A DNA stretch of 35,653 nt from a virus (Duplodnaviria > Caudoviricetes). The notes under the pieces are model-generated. The model was not told the origin of the DNA. It worked only from the letters and a program-made list of their open reading frames with translations, and searched no databases. The translations under genes were made by a program, and so were the position numbers. Of the stretch, positions 1-8,446 are shown piece by piece (positions within the stretch are counted from its first letter, which is position 1; each line of letters begins with the position of its first letter). The stretch lies in IMG/VR virus record IMGVR_UViG_3300032212_000091, positions 1-35,653 of that record; one strand, 5' to 3'.

Positions 1-71
1 CAAGACCGAACGAAAAGCTAAAGCGTAATGATTATATGTTTACTAGCTTTTATAAACCAAAAGGATAAACA

Positions 72-629
72 ATGAAAACATTACTAGCACAAGCTCAAAG
101 GCTTGATAATGGAGAGTTAATTGAAGGAGAAGTGATGCAAGTAGAGACAATTTACAGAGCTAAAAAAATAGACTCTGATGAGTGGGTGCAAGGTGATTTA
201 GTTAACGTACTTAGTAATGTTGGTGGCAAAGTCCACAAGTGTATAGCTAACGCAGAAAACCTAGTTAAGTCAGATAGATTACAAGTTAGGGGGTACTACG
301 GTTCTAGTGTTGATATAAACAAAGTGTTTTTAACAATGGTTGACCCCTCAACCCTAGCTATCCACTTCACAAATAGCGGTATGAACGACTCAGAAGGTAC
401 ACCTATCTTTGCAAGCCTTAGTAGTGATGGGAATGGTGGAGATAGATTACTACTCAAAGATTTAGATAAAGGATTTTCTAACTTTGATGAAAATAATCCT
501 GATGAAACAAGAGTAGTTATACTTAAAGATTTTACAGTGTGTGTTGAAAACATTAAGGGTGGAAGTTATTGTAATTTTGAAATGATTGAACAGTCTTTGT
601 GTAAAATCACAGGCATACACACTATATAA
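72..629 (+). CDS. YopX-like phage protein (alternative start ATG 135)
   Basis: YRAKKIDSDEWVQG and VDPSTL motifs typical of YopX family. RBS AAGGAG precedes ATG 135. Confidence 0.65.
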   Translation: MKTLLAQAQRLDNGELIEGEVMQVETIYRAKKIDSDEWVQGDLVNVLSNVGGKVHKCIANAENLVKSDRLQVRGYYGSSVDINKVFLTMVDPSTLAIHFTNSGMNDSEGTPIFASLSSDGNGGDRLLLKDLDKGFSNFDENNPDETRVVILKDFTVCVENIKGGSYCNFEMIEQSLCKITGIHTI

Positions 630-638
630 GGAAGTGAA

Positions 639-806
639 ATGAGAGGTTTAATAAGCTATTTAACGCTTAACTTTATTGAAACTAGGTTTGTTGATATAGT
701 GTCAGGTAAATCCGTCAATCTATACGAGGATTGTTACGGAAATAAGTATCTAAAAGATGGAAGATGGTCTTTGTTTAAAGTAGAGCTAATTGAAAAGGAG
801 AAGTGA
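639..806 (+). CDS. hypothetical protein (55 aa, not in ORF track)
   Basis: AAGGAAG RBS, MRGLISYL...EKEK*, stop overlaps next start. Confidence 0.65.
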   Translation: MRGLISYLTLNFIETRFVDIVSGKSVNLYEDCYGNKYLKDGRWSLFKVELIEKEK

Positions 807-991
807 TGGGATTATTTAGTAACCCAAAATGTCCTCGATGTGGCAAAGAAACTACAGTACAACGTGATATGTTTGAATCTTATTATACCTGTACCCCTTG
901 CGTAAATAAACTACGAAAAGAGAAACAAGAAAAAGAGGACTTACTAAAAAGAGTTGAAGCACTAGAGAAACAACTAGATAAGGAGAAGTGA
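806..991 (+). CDS. small zinc-finger/coiled-coil protein
   Basis: CPRC...CTPC; RBS AAGGAG. Confidence 0.65.
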   Translation: MGLFSNPKCPRCGKETTVQRDMFESYYTCTPCVNKLRKEKQEKEDLLKRVEALEKQLDKEK

Positions 992-1089
992 TGAAATGGC
1001 TTGACCCTATAACAATCATGTTAGCGTTCTTAGCATTAGTGGCGGTAATCACCGCATTTGTATTAACAACAAAAGGAGTTGTATTATGA
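991..1089 (+). CDS. small membrane peptide (32 aa, not in ORF track)
   Basis: MKWLDPITIMLAFLALVAVITAFVLTTKGVVL; RBS AAGGAG; overlaps both neighbours. Confidence 0.6.
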   Translation: MKWLDPITIMLAFLALVAVITAFVLTTKGVVL

Positions 1090-1313
1090 CTTCTGAACAA
1101 GAGAAAAGACTAAAAGACTACAATAACTTTTTAAAAGGTGTATTGTCAACGTACAAAGAACAAGATTATAAACTAACAATTACATCAAATGGCGGTGAGT
1201 TATCAGTAACTTTTGGAATAAAGCAAGAGACAGTAGCGGAAGCTTTATGTTTTTCATTTAAACATGAACTAAAACAACACACTACAACTCATAATGTTAC
1301 ATTAAACTTATAA
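1086..1313 (+). CDS. hypothetical protein
   Basis: RBS AAGGAG, ATGA coupling. Confidence 0.65.
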   Translation: MTSEQEKRLKDYNNFLKGVLSTYKEQDYKLTITSNGGELSVTFGIKQETVAEALCFSFKHELKQHTTTHNVTLNL

Positions 1314-1324
1314 AAGGATATGTT

Positions 1325-1513
1325 ATGAAAGTAAATCTACTATGGGTAATTATATGTTTATTGATCGCCATATTAACAGCAGTAATCACGATTGGAATTT
1401 ATGAGTTATCACGACCCCACAAGATACTAGAACATCATCATCACGACTCAACTATTTACGGAAATTATAGTGTCGATGATGCAAACGAATATGGCAAAAA
1501 GGATAAACAATGA
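1325..1513 (+). CDS. hypothetical membrane protein
   Basis: N-terminal hydrophobic helix, RBS AAGGA. Confidence 0.65.
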   Translation: MKVNLLWVIICLLIAILTAVITIGIYELSRPHKILEHHHHDSTIYGNYSVDDANEYGKKDKQ

Positions 1514-1869
1514 ATCGAACAGACGAAATTAACGAGCTAATGCTTAACAATGACAAAGAAGCTTTAGCCGAGAAGCTACTCGATATACAAGTTCGACTAC
1601 AGGCTTTGCACGTTACACCATTAAATATTCAATTAACTAGGCAGATTGAGTCACTCAAAGCCGAACTATCAAATTTACATACAAAGTACACTAAAGAAAC
1701 ATCAAGACTAGAACAGCTTAACGGGAATTTACAAGCCGAACTATCAGCACTTAAAGAGGGTGTAGATAATGCTTTATCTGATTTAAGAATTGATGGACAT
1801 ACACAAAGAGGTGTTTACAACGCAATAGCAGAACTAGAAAAAGTCACAATAAGGAGAGCAGATGATTAA
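1510..1869 (+). CDS. hypothetical coiled-coil protein
   Basis: RBS AAGGA, heptad pattern. Confidence 0.65.
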   Translation: MNRTDEINELMLNNDKEALAEKLLDIQVRLQALHVTPLNIQLTRQIESLKAELSNLHTKYTKETSRLEQLNGNLQAELSALKEGVDNALSDLRIDGHTQRGVYNAIAELEKVTIRRADD

Positions 1870-2419
1870 GAAAGATATAAAAGGTTACGAAGGTTTGTAT
1901 TATGCGACATCTTATGGGAATATTGTGTCATACCCAAATAGAGCAAATGGATTGAAACATACAACTCTTAGACCAACAACAAACAATGCAGGGTATTTAC
2001 ACGTCTCATTAAGTAAGAACAACATAAGAAAAACAAAGAATGTTCATAAGTTAATAGCCGATACTCTACTTGAAAACATTGATGGCAAACCTCACATAAA
2101 CCATAAAGATGGGGATAAACTAAATAATGAATTAAGTAATCTTGAGTGGTGTACGCCATCTCAAAACGCACATCATGCTTTTAGATTAAATCTAAGGAAG
2201 CCATCTGAAAAACAAAAGAAAGCTACAACGAAGAACTGGAAGAAGAAAAGAACAGTTAGTGATGAAGTTGTTGTTGCAATAAGAAATGAATATATGCCTC
2301 ATAAAATTACAATGCCAATGTTAGCAGAAAAATATAACATAAGTAGGTCTTTGGTTTGTTCAATAGTTCACGGAAACAGCTATAGAGACTTATTACAAGA
2401 GGTAAAGGATAAACAATGA
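1862..2419 (+). CDS. NUMOD4-HNH homing endonuclease
   Basis: KDIKGYEGLYYATSYG (NUMOD4), INHKDGDKLNNELSNLEWCT..N..H (HNH), C-terminal HTH-like segment. Confidence 0.92.
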   Translation: MIKKDIKGYEGLYYATSYGNIVSYPNRANGLKHTTLRPTTNNAGYLHVSLSKNNIRKTKNVHKLIADTLLENIDGKPHINHKDGDKLNNELSNLEWCTPSQNAHHAFRLNLRKPSEKQKKATTKNWKKKRTVSDEVVVAIRNEYMPHKITMPMLAEKYNISRSLVCSIVHGNSYRDLLQEVKDKQ

Positions 2420-2652
2420 GCTATGAAATATTTAATGTAGAAAAAAACATAGCAAACGCAAACGAAAATCTAAGGGTAGTAGCATCCAAAGCAAAGAGAA
2501 GCGAAAGAGAACTTATGCAAGTAATGGGAGGACGAGTTATAGAAAGTGATTTAGACACTCAGCGACTAGCCAACGAACGACACAACGAAGCTATGCTTAA
2601 AAAAGACATTGAGATAGCAGAGTTAAAAGGGCAGTTAAAGGCTTTATCATGA
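2416..2652 (+). CDS. hypothetical protein
   Basis: RBS AAGGA, ATGA coupling. Confidence 0.6.
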   Translation: MSYEIFNVEKNIANANENLRVVASKAKRSERELMQVMGGRVIESDLDTQRLANERHNEAMLKKDIEIAELKGQLKALS

Positions 2653-2828
2653 AAAGTAGATTACTTTTTGTATTAATGGAATTTATAGGAACTTTCGTTT
2701 TTTTGTTGGTTGTATTGACCTTTCCTATTTGGATAATCGCTTGGATTATAAAAGGTGAAAATTATGCTGAAAAAATTCTGAGATATTTTAGCATGGAAGA
2801 ATGGAAAAAGACAAAGGACAAATCATGA
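2649..2828 (+). CDS. hypothetical membrane protein (59 aa, not in ORF track)
   Basis: MKSRLLFVLMEFIGTFVFLLVVLTFPIWIIAWII...; ATGA overlaps at both ends. Confidence 0.6.
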   Translation: MKSRLLFVLMEFIGTFVFLLVVLTFPIWIIAWIIKGENYAEKILRYFSMEEWKKTKDKS

Positions 2829-2926
2829 CACCAGTACAATACGAACTCCTAAACATTCTATCTGTAATAGGGATAGGGGTTATAGCGGTATATAAACAAT
2901 GGAAGCAAAATGAAACACAGCACTAA
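2825..2926 (+). CDS. small membrane peptide (33 aa, not in ORF track)
   Basis: AAGGA RBS; MTPVQYELLNILSVIGIGVIAVYKQW... Confidence 0.5.
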   Translation: MTPVQYELLNILSVIGIGVIAVYKQWKQNETQH

Positions 2927-3119
2927 GTATCTTTATGGCGAACTAGGATTTTTCTACAAGTTCCTACAAAAAGTAGTAGCCAAAAAGAAAATAAAGTGTT
3001 GTAATCGTGAAAAAGCTTTGATTTGTAGTGTAGAGCCTAAGCATAGAGATTTAAAGCGATACACAGCAGTTATAAAAGCTAGAGAGTTTAACGAAAAGAT
3101 TTTAAAGGAAGTGGAATGA
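2910..3119 (+). CDS. hypothetical basic protein
   Basis: ORF packed between neighbours. Confidence 0.55.
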   Translation: MKHSTKYLYGELGFFYKFLQKVVAKKKIKCCNREKALICSVEPKHRDLKRYTAVIKAREFNEKILKEVE

Positions 3120-3460
3120 ATCAAATAATAGCATCTATCTTAATCCTCTTATTGCTCCCTATACTCACATGGGGCAAAGGCAAGCCTCAAAGGTATTTCA
3201 ATTCCTACCAAAAAAATATTATATGGGAGCGTGATAAAGGCATATGTCAGATATGCAGAATCAAGCTAAAGCCATACGGCAGAGATAAAGACTCAGTAGA
3301 GTTCGATCATTTCTACCCTTATTCCAAGGGATACCCGACAACAATAGACAATGGCGTACTCCTATGTAGACTTCACAATCAAGAAAAAAGCAATAATATC
3401 TATCCTATAAGCGTTTTAATAGGCAACCATAAACACCTAAAAAAAGTCAAAAAGCAATAA
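3116..3460 (+). CDS. HNH endonuclease with N-terminal signal/TM segment
   Basis: RDKGICQIC...EFDHFYPYSKG...NGVLLCRLHNQEKSN; hydrophobic residues 4-18. Confidence 0.85.
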   Translation: MNQIIASILILLLLPILTWGKGKPQRYFNSYQKNIIWERDKGICQICRIKLKPYGRDKDSVEFDHFYPYSKGYPTTIDNGVLLCRLHNQEKSNNIYPISVLIGNHKHLKKVKKQ

Positions 3461-3485
3461 ATTTACAAATTCTTTACAAGATTAC

Positions 3486-3515
3486 TTGACATTCCCAAAG
3501 AAAACTTGCTATACT
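3486..3515 (+). promoter_or_regulatory. sigma70-type promoter
   Basis: TTGACA-N18-TATACT with TG extended -10, intergenic. Confidence 0.75.
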
Positions 3516-3544
3516 GTTAACAGTTAAAAAATAAAGGAGTTCAA

Positions 3545-3781
3545 ATGTACTATGTTGTAATGATTGACGGTTTCTTAAGTGGTTGGGGTAAGGCAGAGGG
3601 TAAAAAAGCTCGCTATATCTATGAATGTGAAAACATGGCAGAGGCTGAAAAAGTAGCTGATTATGCAAAATCAAGAGGCGATCAAAAATACGTAAGGGTT
3701 AATCTTAACAAGCCTCAAAAAAGAAGTGATTGTTTAGATATGTATAAAAACAAATCAAATAGTAAAGAATGGTATAAGTAA
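3545..3781 (+). CDS. hypothetical phage protein
   Basis: RBS AAGGAG directly downstream of promoter. Confidence 0.75.
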   Translation: MYYVVMIDGFLSGWGKAEGKKARYIYECENMAEAEKVADYAKSRGDQKYVRVNLNKPQKRSDCLDMYKNKSNSKEWYK

Positions 3782-3798
3782 GGCGAAAGCCTTGCTTA
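3775..3798 (+). other. GNRA-loop hairpin (possible processing or termination site)
   Basis: TAAGTAAGGC-GAAA-GCCTTGCTTA; no U tract. Confidence 0.5.
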
Positions 3799-3817
3799 AT
3801 CAAATTAGGAGCAAAAC

Positions 3818-3994
3818 ATGAAAAACGAAAACATAGATCATAAGGTCATAGCTAAACACTTTCACAAAGAGGGCAAGCAGATACAAAGCACGATAGAAGC
3901 TTTTAGACAGTTAAAGCGTAAACACGAAAAATCTAAAGATGGGCTTTGGATCATTTATGTTAAAGCGTATAACTGGGATACAAAGGATCAATAA
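3818..3994 (+). CDS. hypothetical protein (58 aa, not in ORF track)
   Basis: AGGAG RBS; MKNENIDHK...KDQ*. Confidence 0.6.
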   Translation: MKNENIDHKVIAKHFHKEGKQIQSTIEAFRQLKRKHEKSKDGLWIIYVKAYNWDTKDQ

Positions 3995-4161
3995 TGAAAT
4001 CATGCGAGTGCGGATGCCTAATAACAAAGGCCAGTATATCAAAAGAGAAATGTGACGGGTGCTACCTAAAAGCAAGAAAAGACAGAAAAGAGAACTCAGA
4101 GTTTTTTCATAAGTTAAAGCACGAAAGAGCGAATAGAATGGCACTTGATAAAAAAAGGTGA
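3994..4161 (+). CDS. small Cys-containing protein (55 aa, not in ORF track)
   Basis: AAGGA RBS; MKSCECGC...CDGC. Confidence 0.55.
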   Translation: MKSCECGCLITKASISKEKCDGCYLKARKDRKENSEFFHKLKHERANRMALDKKR

Positions 4162-4246
4162 TACAATGCTTTTATGTTTAATGAGGATGAATGTAAAATT
4201 ATTATCTTCTCGATCATGTATATACTAGCACTGGTAGCCTATCGTT

Positions 4247-4375
4247 ATGCATAGTATAAATCCAGTTTACAAGTGCCATACGTGCAAAAAAGAGTTTTTA
4301 GATACCAAAGTGTGTCCTTGGTGCAAAAAGCCTTTAAAGCCGATCTATAGAATACCTTATCAAAAAGGGTATTAG
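4247..4375 (+). CDS. small zinc-ribbon protein (42 aa, not in ORF track)
   Basis: YKCHTC...VCPWC; weak RBS. Confidence 0.45.
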   Translation: MHSINPVYKCHTCKKEFLDTKVCPWCKKPLKPIYRIPYQKGY

Positions 4376-4441
4376 TATATAGGCCTAAGTATTTCTAAAG
4401 TAAGTATAGAGTATTCTTTGGAAATATAAAAAAGGTTTATT

Positions 4442-4585
4442 ATGCAAGTAAATTTATCAAAGCCAGTTTACGACAAACTAACAAAACTGTCTAAAGAACT
4501 GGATATGCCAAGGGCTCAAGTTGTTAATATGCTAATAAGCGAGTATAGGAGGTTATATGGCGAAACAAAAAACCAAACGTCCTGA
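4442..4585 (+). CDS. ribbon-helix-helix DNA-binding protein (47 aa, not in ORF track)
   Basis: MQVNLSKPVYDKLTKLSKELDMPRAQVVNMLISEY fits the CopG/Arc pattern; AAGG RBS. Confidence 0.7.
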   Translation: MQVNLSKPVYDKLTKLSKELDMPRAQVVNMLISEYRRLYGETKNQTS

Positions 4586-4757
4586 TGGAAGCAAGCCAAG
4601 CTATAAAGACTTAGAGGCAAGCTTCTTAAAAGTTTACCAAGCCTTAGAGATCGCAAATTCTGAGGTAAAAAGGTTAAACCAAGAGTGTGCATCTTTACGC
4701 TATGATATAGACCAACTTAAAAAAGGTGGAAAAAATGGCGTACAACACAGCATATAA
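4557..4757 (+). CDS. hypothetical coiled-coil protein
   Basis: AGGAGG RBS. Confidence 0.65.
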   Translation: MAKQKTKRPDGSKPSYKDLEASFLKVYQALEIANSEVKRLNQECASLRYDIDQLKKGGKNGVQHSI

Positions 4758-4914
4758 AGTAAAAGAGAGCAAGACTAACAAACGTAACAGTAAATTAGGC
4801 GGTATCAGTCTAAGAGGGCGGAGTGCTGATTCAGATAGCGAAAAAGAGGTTTGGAAGCGAATCATGGAACAGCAGAAAAAAGAGAACGAAGAGGAAGCCA
4901 AAAAAAATAAATAG
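4726..4914 (+). CDS. hypothetical charged protein (likely start 4735)
   Basis: AAGGTGG upstream of ATG, tight packing. Confidence 0.55.
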   Translation: MEKMAYNTAYKVKESKTNKRNSKLGGISLRGRSADSDSEKEVWKRIMEQQKKENEEEAKKNK

Positions 4915-4923
4915 GAGGCTACC

Positions 4924-5169
4924 ATGAAAAAGTTATTAGTAATGATCGCATTAAGTTTAGCCGCTTTAAACGCAACAATAGAAAGCGATCTTAAGGGTTG
5001 TGCAGAGTGTAAGACTGGTGAGTGCTACAAAGTCGCTACAGGGTTTGCAGAAAAACATTCAACAAAAGAGCGTAAAAACTATCAAGATATGTATTTTCTA
5101 TGCTCTGTAGTATGTGGAAACAAAGCCAAGCTAAAAGAGTACATGGACTACTTTAAAGGGGGCAAGTAA
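4924..5169 (+). CDS. secreted Cys-rich protein 1
   Basis: Signal peptide MKKLLVMIALSLAALNA; 5 Cys; AGGAGG RBS. Confidence 0.7.
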   Translation: MKKLLVMIALSLAALNATIESDLKGCAECKTGECYKVATGFAEKHSTKERKNYQDMYFLCSVVCGNKAKLKEYMDYFKGGK

Positions 5170-5432
5170 TGAAAACTTTAATTATCTTACTAATGGCTTT
5201 TTCACTACAGGCCAACAACATTGAAAAAGAGATTAACAAACTCTTACGAGCTGAGTACAAGCAATGTGGTAAGGCTCATAAGTTCAAAGACGCTAACTGT
5301 AACCTAATCGGTTTTAAGCTTGCTGAACGTGCAGGAACTACACATAATATTAAACGCATGATGTATCTTCACTGCTCTATGGCGTGCCAGTATGGTTATA
5401 AAGTAGTAGAAGCTCAATTAAACAAAAAGTAG
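5169..5432 (+). CDS. secreted Cys-rich protein 2
   Basis: Signal peptide MKTLIILLMAFSLQA; 4 Cys. Confidence 0.7.
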   Translation: MKTLIILLMAFSLQANNIEKEINKLLRAEYKQCGKAHKFKDANCNLIGFKLAERAGTTHNIKRMMYLHCSMACQYGYKVVEAQLNKK

Positions 5433-5439
5433 TAATCAA

Positions 5440-5988
5440 TTGGCGCTATCACAAGAACAAAAAGACGAAATAATAGCCCTATTCAAAAAAGGCGATCTAT
5501 CTAATGTAGCCATAGCTAAAAAGGTAGGTTGCGGTGAAACAGCAGTACGTAGAATAACTAAAGAGCATGGGGCTAAAAAAAGCGAGATAACAGAGCTTGC
5601 AGATCGTGAAATTACTAATACTATAATAGGGAATGAAATAAAAGCGAAAAAAAGCGAGTTCACAGAAGCGGAAAAGCGAGCCTATGATGAGGTATACCTA
5701 ACTATGGCTCAAAGCCTCAATTTATTTAATAACTCCACTATAGAAAACCAAGAACTTATCAACATGGCTCAAGAGGGGATCATTGAATCAGCAACACTCT
5801 CAGATGGCACGGTTGATAAGAGCTTACTTGTAGGGCAGTTGCCGAATCTTATGGCGATCTCAAAAACAACAGAGGCCAATAGAAAGCAGATGCTAGGGGT
5901 TACAGAGACATACAAGGCGGAAAAAGAAAGCCAAGACAGAGAAACTATAGTGCATATAATAGAGGATAAAAAAGATAATGCGGTATAA
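5440..5988 (+). CDS. terS: putative terminase small subunit (N-terminal HTH)
   Basis: LSNVAIAKKVGCGETAVRRI HTH; position upstream of TerL; TTG start. Confidence 0.65.
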   Translation: MALSQEQKDEIIALFKKGDLSNVAIAKKVGCGETAVRRITKEHGAKKSEITELADREITNTIIGNEIKAKKSEFTEAEKRAYDEVYLTMAQSLNLFNNSTIENQELINMAQEGIIESATLSDGTVDKSLLVGQLPNLMAISKTTEANRKQMLGVTETYKAEKESQDRETIVHIIEDKKDNAV

Positions 5989-6006
5989 TGGTTCTAAAGG
6001 AGTTCC

Positions 6007-6477
6007 ATGTTGATCGATGATATTAAAGAGACAGTAAGATATAACCCTGACACTGGAATATTTACATACATCAAAACAAACAAAGAAATACATAATAGAA
6101 ACAAATTGGGTTATGTAAGGGTTTCAGTTAAAGGCAAAAGATACTTAGCCCACAGATTAGCGATCATCTATACCTATGGGAAAATAGACGATAAAATGGA
6201 AGTTGACCACTTAAACCAAATCAAGCATGATAATAGAATATGCAATTTAAAAGTAGGCACGTCAAGAGATAATAAGATGAATAAAGCACTACAATCCAAC
6301 AACAGCACTGGGATAAATGGAGTGTCTTATAGTAACAAATATAAAAGATATGAGGTTAGCGTAAAAACAGACAATAGAAAGATATTTTTAGGTCATTTTG
6401 ACAATTTAGAGGAAGCAAGGGCTTGTAGAATTGGAGCCAATAGAGTGTTGGAATTTAGCGAGATTCACGGATTATGA
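6007..6477 (+). CDS. HNH homing endonuclease with AP2-like C-terminus
   Basis: YNPDTGIF, YLAHRLA, VDHLNQIKHDNRICNL, NNSTGINGVS, FLGHFDNLEEA. Confidence 0.92.
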   Translation: MLIDDIKETVRYNPDTGIFTYIKTNKEIHNRNKLGYVRVSVKGKRYLAHRLAIIYTYGKIDDKMEVDHLNQIKHDNRICNLKVGTSRDNKMNKALQSNNSTGINGVSYSNKYKRYEVSVKTDNRKIFLGHFDNLEEARACRIGANRVLEFSEIHGL

Positions 6478-7763
6478 TTAAACCACTAAATTTGTTACCT
6501 CACCAGTATGCCTTAGTTATGGATAAGTCAACTAGGATACTAGGCTTAACAAGCGGTTATGGAGCTGGGAAAACCTATGTAGTGGCTAGAAAAGCGGTAT
6601 TATTGGCTATGGATAATATTGGTTATGATGGTATAGTTTGTGAGCCGAATTTTCCTTTACTCACACAAATTCTTATCCCTGAATTGAAAACAGCACTTGA
6701 ATTTTTTAATATTCCTTATGAGTTCAAATCAGGGGAGAGTATTTTTTACTGCACAATAAAAGGGGTCGAGACTCGCATTATTTGTAAAAGTATGGAGGGG
6801 TACGAAAGACTAATCGGTATCAATGCCGCGTGGGTGGTTCTAGATGAGTTCGACACAGCAAAACCTGAACTTGCCTATAACGCTTATATTAAGCTACTTG
6901 GACGTATACGTGTAGGTAAAGTTCGTCAAATGGTTATTGTGTCAACACCTGAGGGCTTTCGTGCTATGTATCGTATCTTCATTGAAGAGGCAGACGAAAC
7001 AAAGAGACTTATTAAGGCTAAGACTACAGACAACTACCACTTGCCACAAGATTATATTGATACAATGAGATCACAGTATCCGCCTGAGTTGATCGATGCT
7101 TACTTAAACGGAGAGTTTACTAACCTTACAAGTGGTACAGTTTACACGCAGTTTGATCGAACCCTCAATGATACAGCTATGGAAGATGATTCAATAAGTG
7201 ATATTCATGTGGGTATTGACTTCAATGTTAGTGCCATGAGTGCTATCGTCTGTTTAGTAAAAGATCAAAAGGTTTATGCCGTAGCTGAGTATGTAGATCT
7301 ATTCGACACGCCTGAACTGGTTGAAACTTTATCTCTTAAATATCAAGGGCGTAACGTTGTATGCTATCCTGATAGTGCAGGAAACGCACGAAAGACAGTA
7401 CAGGCCAACACCTCAGACATCAACCTACTTAAGCAAGCAGGGTTTACGATCAGAGCTAACACTTCAAACCCTGCTATTATGGATCGCGTTAATAGCATGA
7501 ACACACTCTTTAGTAACTCAAAGGGTGAACGTAGGCTATTTGTAAACGTAAACAAATGCCCTAAGCTCACCAAAGCAGTAGAGCAACAATCCTATGATGA
7601 AAACACAAAGCTACCCGACAAGAAAAACGGACACGACAACAAAGGTATAGATGCACTGGGCTATTTAACATCAAAACTATTTCCAGTTAGGGCGAGAGTT
7701 GGAATGCAACACGCATCTATGCCTACGGGAACTATAAAGGCAGGGGGCGGTTATGGGCGATAA
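6474..7763 (+). CDS. terL: terminase large subunit
   Basis: Walker A SGYGAGKT, Walker B VVLDE, coupling motif STPEG, nuclease GIDFN and DALGY. Confidence 0.95.
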   Translation: MIKPLNLLPHQYALVMDKSTRILGLTSGYGAGKTYVVARKAVLLAMDNIGYDGIVCEPNFPLLTQILIPELKTALEFFNIPYEFKSGESIFYCTIKGVETRIICKSMEGYERLIGINAAWVVLDEFDTAKPELAYNAYIKLLGRIRVGKVRQMVIVSTPEGFRAMYRIFIEEADETKRLIKAKTTDNYHLPQDYIDTMRSQYPPELIDAYLNGEFTNLTSGTVYTQFDRTLNDTAMEDDSISDIHVGIDFNVSAMSAIVCLVKDQKVYAVAEYVDLFDTPELVETLSLKYQGRNVVCYPDSAGNARKTVQANTSDINLLKQAGFTIRANTSNPAIMDRVNSMNTLFSNSKGERRLFVNVNKCPKLTKAVEQQSYDENTKLPDKKNGHDNKGIDALGYLTSKLFPVRARVGMQHASMPTGTIKAGGGYGR

Positions 7764-8073
7764 AGATGAGATAGAGTTCTTTCAGTTCGCACACACCAAG
7801 ATGGAGTTAAAGGATCTTGGCGAGTATTTAGATACAGTGCATTACAATTTTTTAGGATCACAAAAAGAGTTCTTTTTATGCTTGGCTTTTGAAGAGACAT
7901 ACAACTTTGTTTATTATGCTTGGCATGATGGTAGTCACAAAGGGAGGAAAGCACTCTATGAGACAGTAAAGAGAACGTCTAATCGTGATACTTATTTTGC
8001 GACAGATATTAAAGACTTATACCCTAACCACTCTAAGCAAATCGAAGATAATCTTTTTATGCTTATATTATGA
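7753..8073 (+). CDS. hypothetical protein
   Basis: Overlaps terL end. Confidence 0.6.
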   Translation: MGDKDEIEFFQFAHTKMELKDLGEYLDTVHYNFLGSQKEFFLCLAFEETYNFVYYAWHDGSHKGRKALYETVKRTSNRDTYFATDIKDLYPNHSKQIEDNLFMLIL

Positions 8074-8109
8074 TACAATTAGTGCATAAAAATTAATCAA
8101 GGGGCTATT

Positions 8110-8433
8110 ATGGGCGGTGGTAATCCATTAAAGAAAATAGAAAAAGGCGTTAAGACTGGGGCTAAGAGTTTCGAGGGCGATGTACTCCAAGGCGAGACAT
8201 TTAGAGATGTTGGAAGCGTTGCATCTATGGGAGTAATTGAGGGAGGCCGTGAACGTATAGCACGTAGGGAAGCGGAACAAGCTCAAGGCGAGCAAGAGGC
8301 TTTACTTAGAGAGCAACAAAGTCAAGCTCAAACGGCTATGGAAGAACGCAAAAAGAGGATGCTCAGAAGTCGACAAGGGCGCAGGGGCTTATTAAGTGGC
8401 AGTGTTAAAGGCACTGAGCGCGGTATTTTATAA
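8110..8433 (+). CDS. small virion-associated protein preceding portal
   Basis: MGGG start and RRGLLSG...GIL end, as in small pre-portal genes of podoviruses. Confidence 0.6.
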   Translation: MGGGNPLKKIEKGVKTGAKSFEGDVLQGETFRDVGSVASMGVIEGGRERIARREAEQAQGEQEALLREQQSQAQTAMEERKKRMLRSRQGRRGLLSGSVKGTERGIL

Positions 8434-8446
8434 AAAGGAAACCAAA

